From positions 4,394-68,393 of the forward strand of contig CAZAYU010000001.1 in NCBI GenBank assembly GCA_964489445.1: 64,000 bases of DNA. The letters run 5' to 3'. The position numbers were made by a program, and so were the translations under genes. The notes under the pieces were generated by a model that was not told the DNA's origin, did not search any database, and worked only from the letters and a program-made list of their open reading frames with translations. The stretch's first letter is position 1; the number at the start of each line of letters is the position of its first letter. Origin of the DNA: an uncultured Planctomycetia bacterium. Its GTDB lineage: Bacteria > Omnitrophota > Gorgyraeia > Duberdicusellales > 4484-171. This document shows, in pieces, positions 58,532-64,000 of this stretch.

Positions 58532-60805
58532 ATGAAAAAAAAGAAATATTTATTCTTTCTTGTTGTGATGTTAATTTGCTTGATTGCTTTTTTACATCCA
58601 CCAATATCATCTCTAAAGATAGAAGACTTAGTTAGTAATCTTTTTTATGCCGTTGATAAACAAAACCAGAAAAATAAAAAAATAGTCGTAGTCGAGATTG
58701 ATAACGATTCCCTGAAAGAATCCGGGAACCAGTGGCCATTACGCCGCAGCTTACAGGCTAAGCTGCTAAACACTCTGCAGAAAGAAAATCCAAAAGTAAT
58801 TAGCTTTGATATTACATTCATCGGAGATAGCGCGATTTCCAAAGATGACCAAGAGTTTCTCTCTGCAATTATTAATTTAAAAAATAAAGTAGTTCTTGCT
58901 TATTTTCTTGACCAAGAAAGTAACCCGGTGTACCCCAAGAATGAATTTAAAGAAGCAGCGCTTTGCGGATTCATTAACACTCCTATCGACCGCGATAAAA
59001 TTATTAGGAAAGTGAGAACTTATTTTAAAAAAAAGGACTTCTCTGATTTTTCTTGGGTCGCCAAAACATCTTCTGTATTCCTTGACTCACCTCTTAAAGA
59101 ATACACCCGGTTCGTTAGTTTAAAAGACCGAATAATTCCTGTAAATGAGGCAGGAATAACCCAAATAAATTATACTTTTAAACCGGAAGACTTTACAAGA
59201 ATTTCTTTCAAAAACGTCATTGATGAAAATTTCCCGTCTGGATTTTTTACTAATAAAATAGTACTAGTTGCGCCTACATTAAAAATAGCCCACGATATAC
59301 ACGCAACACCATTAGGCCAAATGCCGGGAATTTTTATTCATGCGAATGCAATCTCCAACATCTTAAACAAAAACTTTATCCATAATGTACCTTTGTTTAT
59401 TAATTTACTACTTCTAGTTATTACTTTATCTTTGGTTAGTTACATTTTAATAAGATTTAGTTTCTTGCGCCGGGTAATTCTTTCTCTAGGATTACTCATT
59501 GCTTTAATCTGGGCAGATGTTTTTTTGCGTTTTTTTGGCTGGCAATTCGCCTGTGGAAAAATAGTATTCTCTAGTTTATGTTTATTGGTGATAGGAAGTG
59601 TTTACGCTTATGTTGACTTTCTTAGACATATAATCCAGATAAAAAACAGAATGACTATCGATCCTTTATCCGGATTAAATAACCGAAGATACTTCTTTGA
59701 GCGATTGCAATTCGAAATAAAAAACATTTTCGGTAAAAAAGGATATTTAATCATAATTAAAATAAACGGCTTGCATTTCGCCACCAAATCTAAAACTTTT
59801 GACAATATACGTAACATCTGGCAACAACTATCTGAATATTTATTAGCTACTTCTAAGCTGTGGTCAAGATACGATGAGGAAATAATTTTGGGAAAAATAA
59901 ATACTACTGTAAAAATCCTAGAAATTAAGGAATACCTGCAAAATGCAATGGCTGATAAAAAAATCAAAGCGAATATTAAAATCGGATATTTAAAGCTAAG
60001 ATCCGCTAATTTTAATATTACTTCAGCAATACCATTTTTAATCAAGAAAATAGATACATCAGAACAGGAATTATTGGAGTTTAAAAAAGAGGATGTAGCT
60101 GCTTATCTAAAAAGATATGCACACAATGAAAACTTTTTATCTTCGCTAAGTACAGACACAGAAGAAAAAAATAAACATCTTTTAGATACAATCGAAAAAC
60201 TAAAAAACGAAGAAAAAAAGACCCAAGAAGCATACCTACAACTAATCTCATCATTAATCATAGCACTAGAATCTAAGGACCCCTACACTGAAGGCCACAC
60301 CACAAGAGTAGCTAGATATACTAAACTTTTGGCGGAAACGTTAGATTTGCCTCAAGAAGAAATTGACAATGCAGAGAAAGCCGCTTTCTTGCATGATCTG
60401 GGAAAAATCGGAACACCGGACTCAATCCTCCACAAGAGAGGACAATTAACCGAAGATGAATTCTTAATAATTAAAAAACACCAAACGCTAAGCGGCAAAA
60501 TTTTAGAGCCTATAAAAAGATTTAAAGAACTCATCCCTTACGTTGTTCATCACCACGAAAGCTTCGATGGCAGCGGATACCCGCATGGATTAGCCGGAGA
60601 ATTCATTCCTTTAGGTGCACGAATAATCGCCGTAGCTGATATATTTGATGCGTTAACTACCGGCAGAGACTACCGCGAAGCTCTTTCTGCCAAAAAAGCT
60701 ACAGACATGTTAATCGAAATGAAAGGAACGAAATTGGACCCCAAATTAGTAGATATATTTTTAGAATCATTAAAGAAAACAAGGATAATCGACAACTCTT
60801 CTTAA
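58532..60805 (+). CDS. CHASE2 sensor, transmembrane region, degenerate GGDEF-like region and HD-GYP phosphodiesterase (c-di-GMP)
   Basis: Periplasmic CHASE2-like region (VVVEIDNDSL...WPLRRS...FDITF), then transmembrane helices. DPLSGLNNRRYFFERL starts a GGDEF-like fold that has no GG(D/E)EF motif. C-terminal HD-GYP has H..R...T, HD(L)GK, HHHESFDGSGYP. Confidence 0.75.
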   Translation: MKKKKYLFFLVVMLICLIAFLHPPISSLKIEDLVSNLFYAVDKQNQKNKKIVVVEIDNDSLKESGNQWPLRRSLQAKLLNTLQKENPKVISFDITFIGDSAISKDDQEFLSAIINLKNKVVLAYFLDQESNPVYPKNEFKEAALCGFINTPIDRDKIIRKVRTYFKKKDFSDFSWVAKTSSVFLDSPLKEYTRFVSLKDRIIPVNEAGITQINYTFKPEDFTRISFKNVIDENFPSGFFTNKIVLVAPTLKIAHDIHATPLGQMPGIFIHANAISNILNKNFIHNVPLFINLLLLVITLSLVSYILIRFSFLRRVILSLGLLIALIWADVFLRFFGWQFACGKIVFSSLCLLVIGSVYAYVDFLRHIIQIKNRMTIDPLSGLNNRRYFFERLQFEIKNIFGKKGYLIIIKINGLHFATKSKTFDNIRNIWQQLSEYLLATSKLWSRYDEEIILGKINTTVKILEIKEYLQNAMADKKIKANIKIGYLKLRSANFNITSAIPFLIKKIDTSEQELLEFKKEDVAAYLKRYAHNENFLSSLSTDTEEKNKHLLDTIEKLKNEEKKTQEAYLQLISSLIIALESKDPYTEGHTTRVARYTKLLAETLDLPQEEIDNAEKAAFLHDLGKIGTPDSILHKRGQLTEDEFLIIKKHQTLSGKILEPIKRFKELIPYVVHHHESFDGSGYPHGLAGEFIPLGARIIAVADIFDALTTGRDYREALSAKKATDMLIEMKGTKLDPKLVDIFLESLKKTRIIDNSS

Positions 60806-60869
60806 CTTCCCATCCACATTTTTTAAGTAGTCCTTGACATTCTCAGATAATGACGATAATTTAATAGCT

Positions 60870-63581
60870 ATGAATATTCAACCCAAATACCAGCCAAGTT
60901 CTGCAGAAGCCAATATTATACGCGCTTGGTTTAAAAATAAATCTTTTTCCGCTCAAGCAGAGTCTGGGAAAAATCCATTTTCAATACTTATCCCTCCGCC
61001 AAATGTTACTGGAATCTTACATATGGGCCACGCTTTGAATAACGTCATTCAAGATGTTTTGATCCGTTTTAAAAGGATGCAAGGATACCAAGCCTTATGG
61101 ATGCCAGGAACCGACCATGCAGGAATAGCGACCCAAAATGTTGTCGAGAAAAAAATTGCCCGGGATAATAAAAATCGCAATGATTTAGGAAGAGATCGTT
61201 TTCTTGAAGAAGTCTGGAAATGGAAAGAGGAATACGGATCAACAATAGTCGAGCAACTGAAGCGATTAGGCGCTTCTTGTGACTGGACACGCTTACGCTT
61301 CACTATGGATGATGACTATTCAAAAGCTGTCAAACATGCTTTTGTTTCTTTGTGGAGCAAGGGACTAGTTTACCGCGGAAATTATATTATAAATTGGTGC
61401 CCACGCTGCCAAACAGCTTTAGCTGACGAAGAAGCCCCGCACAAAGAAGCAAACGGAAAATTATACTATATAAAATATCCAATACAAGATAGAAGCGCTC
61501 TGGCTGTTCAATATGTAACTGTAGCGACTACAAGACCGGAAACGATGCTAGGAGATACAGCAATAGCTGTAAATCCTCACGATAAAAAATACACTAGCAT
61601 TATCGGAAAAACGATAAAGATACCACTTACTGAAAGAACTGTTAGGATTATTAAGGATGACTTTGTTGACCCAGAATTTGGAACCGGAGCCGTAAAAGTA
61701 ACTCCTGCTCACGACAAAAATGATTTCAACATTGGACAGCGACACAATCTTCCGACCATTTTAGTCATGAACCCTGATGGAACAATGAATAAAAGTGCCG
61801 GAAAATTTGAAGGCCTTACCCGATTTAAAGCCAGAAAAGAAATTATAGAACAACTCAAGACAGCCGGATTAATCGATAAGATTGACGACCATCCTTACAC
61901 ACTGGGATATTGTTACCGTTGCAACACAATAATTGAGCCGTACCTCTCACGACAATGGTTCGTAAAAATGAAACCATTGTCTATCCCGGCAGTTAAGGCA
62001 GTAAAGGAAAAAGAAATAGTCTTTTACCCACAGCGATGGGAAAAAGTCTACCTTAATTGGATGGAAAATATACACGATTGGTGTATATCACGTCAAATAT
62101 GGTGGGGACATAGGTTGCCTGTCTTTTACTGCCAAGCTTGCCAGCAAAAAGATCCGGAAGCCGGAATAATCGTTTCTGAGGATGTTCCTAAAAAATGCCC
62201 AAATTGCAACTCAACAAACATCATACAGGATTCTGACGTCTTAGACACTTGGTTTTCATCATGGCTATGGCCTCTAGCTACTTTTGGCTGGCCGTTTCAC
62301 AAACAAGAAACAATAGACGATGAAAGAGAGACAATAGAAGAAAAAAAAACTAAGACCAATAAAGAAAAACAAGAAAAAGAATTTAATTATTTTTATCCCA
62401 CGTCTGTTTTAGTAACTGCACCAGAAATAATTTTCTTTTGGGTGGCTAGAATGATTATGGCTGGTTTTGAATTTACCGGGAAAAAACCATTTAGCACTGT
62501 TTATATACACGGCACAGTAAGAGATCCCAGTGGGAAAAAAATGTCAAAATCGCTAGGAAATATTATCGACCCGATAGAAATTATTGAAAAATTTGGAACT
62601 GATGCATTACGTTTTTCTCTAATGCTTTTAGCGGCAAGTGGCTCAGACATTTACTTAAATGAAGACAAGTTCCTTGTTGGGCGGAATTTTGCTAATAAAA
62701 TATGGAATGCTAGCCGCTTTATCTTTCTAAAAATTGAAGAACATTCTTTGCAAATAGATAGCCTTAAATGGAAACTCTTAAGCCCAATAGATGAATGGAT
62801 ACTTAAAGAATTATCGTCTACCATTGAAAATGTTTCCTTAAATTTGGAACGCTACACAATAAATGAAGCAGCCAAAAAAATATATGACTTTTTTTGGCAT
62901 TATTTTTGTGACTGGTATATAGAGATAACAAAGGATAGCTTTACCCTGGATAAAGCAAAAATATCTATATATGTTTTAGTAGAATCCCTTAAATTGATTC
63001 ACCCATTTATGCCGTTTATTAGTGAAGAAATATTTACTACTATCAAGGATACGACATCTTTAGATATCAAGGAATTACTAATTACTTCTAACTGGCCAAA
63101 GCCACTAACTTTCGATTATAACAACAAAGCAATACACTCTATGCAAGAACTTATTAATACTATTAAAGAAATTCGAAATATTAAAACTGAATTAGGACTA
63201 GCACAAAAAAAGATACCACTAAAAATTCTGCTTAAAGAACCAACAAATAAAACCTGGCACGAAAATTTAAATTGGATAAAGCGCCTCACCCAAAGTGAAA
63301 AAATTATATTTACCAGTAAGATTGATCCCGTACTTTATGAAAATGATTTCTGGAATGTTAGTCTTGATACTGGTTCAGTTGACATGGATACATTTATTGG
63401 TGGAATCGATAAGAAAATGAACTCTTCAAACAACATACTCAACAAAACTAAGCTAAGATTAGAAAATCATAATTTTTTAGAAAAAGCTTCTCCAGAAACA
63501 ATTAAAGCAGAAACACAAAAGTTCAACGATATACTTTGTAGGGTTGATCGACTTAAAAAATTAAAAAATGCTTTCAGCTAA
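60870..63581 (+). CDS. valS: Valine--tRNA ligase
   Basis: PPPNVTGILHMGHALNN (HIGH), KMSKSLGN, and a C-terminal coiled-coil. The start is more likely Met 60870 (MNIQPKYQPS) than the track start 60834. Confidence 0.9.
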   Translation: MNIQPKYQPSSAEANIIRAWFKNKSFSAQAESGKNPFSILIPPPNVTGILHMGHALNNVIQDVLIRFKRMQGYQALWMPGTDHAGIATQNVVEKKIARDNKNRNDLGRDRFLEEVWKWKEEYGSTIVEQLKRLGASCDWTRLRFTMDDDYSKAVKHAFVSLWSKGLVYRGNYIINWCPRCQTALADEEAPHKEANGKLYYIKYPIQDRSALAVQYVTVATTRPETMLGDTAIAVNPHDKKYTSIIGKTIKIPLTERTVRIIKDDFVDPEFGTGAVKVTPAHDKNDFNIGQRHNLPTILVMNPDGTMNKSAGKFEGLTRFKARKEIIEQLKTAGLIDKIDDHPYTLGYCYRCNTIIEPYLSRQWFVKMKPLSIPAVKAVKEKEIVFYPQRWEKVYLNWMENIHDWCISRQIWWGHRLPVFYCQACQQKDPEAGIIVSEDVPKKCPNCNSTNIIQDSDVLDTWFSSWLWPLATFGWPFHKQETIDDERETIEEKKTKTNKEKQEKEFNYFYPTSVLVTAPEIIFFWVARMIMAGFEFTGKKPFSTVYIHGTVRDPSGKKMSKSLGNIIDPIEIIEKFGTDALRFSLMLLAASGSDIYLNEDKFLVGRNFANKIWNASRFIFLKIEEHSLQIDSLKWKLLSPIDEWILKELSSTIENVSLNLERYTINEAAKKIYDFFWHYFCDWYIEITKDSFTLDKAKISIYVLVESLKLIHPFMPFISEEIFTTIKDTTSLDIKELLITSNWPKPLTFDYNNKAIHSMQELINTIKEIRNIKTELGLAQKKIPLKILLKEPTNKTWHENLNWIKRLTQSEKIIFTSKIDPVLYENDFWNVSLDTGSVDMDTFIGGIDKKMNSSNNILNKTKLRLENHNFLEKASPETIKAETQKFNDILCRVDRLKKLKNAFS

Positions 63582-64000
63582 AATAATATCTAATCATGTT
63601 CGCGATGCCTTATGTGAAGACCAGGCTAGCTGCGACATCACAACAAAGCTAACAATGCCAGATACTATTACTGGAACCGCAAAAATAATTGCTAAGGAGC
63701 AATGCATACTTTGTGGAATTGATACAGCAAAAGAAACATTTAAACAAATTAACAGCTCTGTAATTTTTCGTGCGTGCAAAAAAGACGGACAATTAGTAAA
63801 GAAAGGCGAAAATATCGCACTAATTAAGGGAGATATGAGAAGCATCCTGACTTCTGAGCGGATTGCCTTGAATTTTTTATCCTTACTTTCTGGCATCTCC
63901 ACTCTTACTGGGAAATTTGTTGAAAAAACAAAAAAAACAAAATTGAAAATAATGGATACCCGAAAAACAACACCTTCTTTAAGATGCCTATCCAAGTATG
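63568..64000 (+). CDS. nadC: nicotinate-nucleotide pyrophosphorylase (quinolinate phosphoribosyltransferase), 3' partial
   Basis: ERIALNFLSLLSGISTLTGKFVEKTKKTKLKIMDTRKTTPSLRCL matches the NadC core. Overlaps the valS end by 14 nt. The ORF runs off the window end. Confidence 0.7.
   Translation, partial: MLSAKIISNHVRDALCEDQASCDITTKLTMPDTITGTAKIIAKEQCILCGIDTAKETFKQINSSVIFRACKKDGQLVKKGENIALIKGDMRSILTSERIALNFLSLLSGISTLTGKFVEKTKKTKLKIMDTRKTTPSLRCLSKY

Noticed and set aside
63594-63995. 133-aa minus-strand ORF at the right edge
   Set aside because: The + strand here encodes a clear NadC (ERIALNFLSLLSGISTLTGKF...MDTRKTTPSLR). The minus ORF is antisense noise.

Overview
64 kb window from a low-GC bacterial chromosome, AT-rich throughout. 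Genes are densely packed and mostly on the + strand. Both ends of the window are ordinary housekeeping loci. The left end carries RtcB and SerS. The right half carries a DEAD-box helicase, RsmH, RecN, Dus, three rRNA methyltransferases, CutA/CcdA/thioredoxin, ProC, MTAP, IleS, DksA-like, LspA, RluD, AroA, ValS and NadC. From about 4.1 kb to 20.9 kb lies an accessory region that begins at a tRNA-Ser(TGA) gene. It has three layers. First, a 69-bp direct-repeat pair sits upstream of the tRNA. Second, a roughly 2.1 kb GC-rich islet (GNAT acetyltransferase plus a secreted alpha/beta hydrolase) is closed by a 20-bp direct repeat of the tRNA 3' end and contains no integrase. Third, a string of gene modules is punctuated by a previously unannotated repeat family. 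The full element is about 420 bp with 23-bp terminal inverted repeats of consensus CAGAyGTCCTATTTrGGTACACC. Solo 28-bp end motifs also occur. In every case the repeat sits immediately 3' of a stop codon, always in the same orientation. The modules encode an SGNH hydrolase interrupted by a TPR array, a TPR protein, a hypothetical protein plus a Yip1 membrane protein, and a five-gene secreted/lipoprotein cluster. One module is a translationally coupled MazG-like pyrophosphohydrolase plus a 794-aa fusion of a PD-(D/E)xK-like nuclease motif, a DUF2075/Schlafen-like P-loop ATPase and a complete LexA-type S24 autopeptidase. That pair is the best candidate for an undescribed defence or SOS-sensing system. 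The other points worth a second look are as follows. A tRNA-Arg(ACG) gene has a 22-bp 3'-end duplicate 120 bp downstream. Two tandem pseudopilin paralogs have repeat-containing C-termini, one an 18-bp tandem repeat and the other (CAA)11, next to a CHASE2/HD-GYP sensor. Two tiny lysine-rich ORFs have strong ribosome-binding sites. A sigma70-like promoter is followed by a leader terminator hairpin in front of a TPR gene. No CRISPR arrays or rRNA genes are present.
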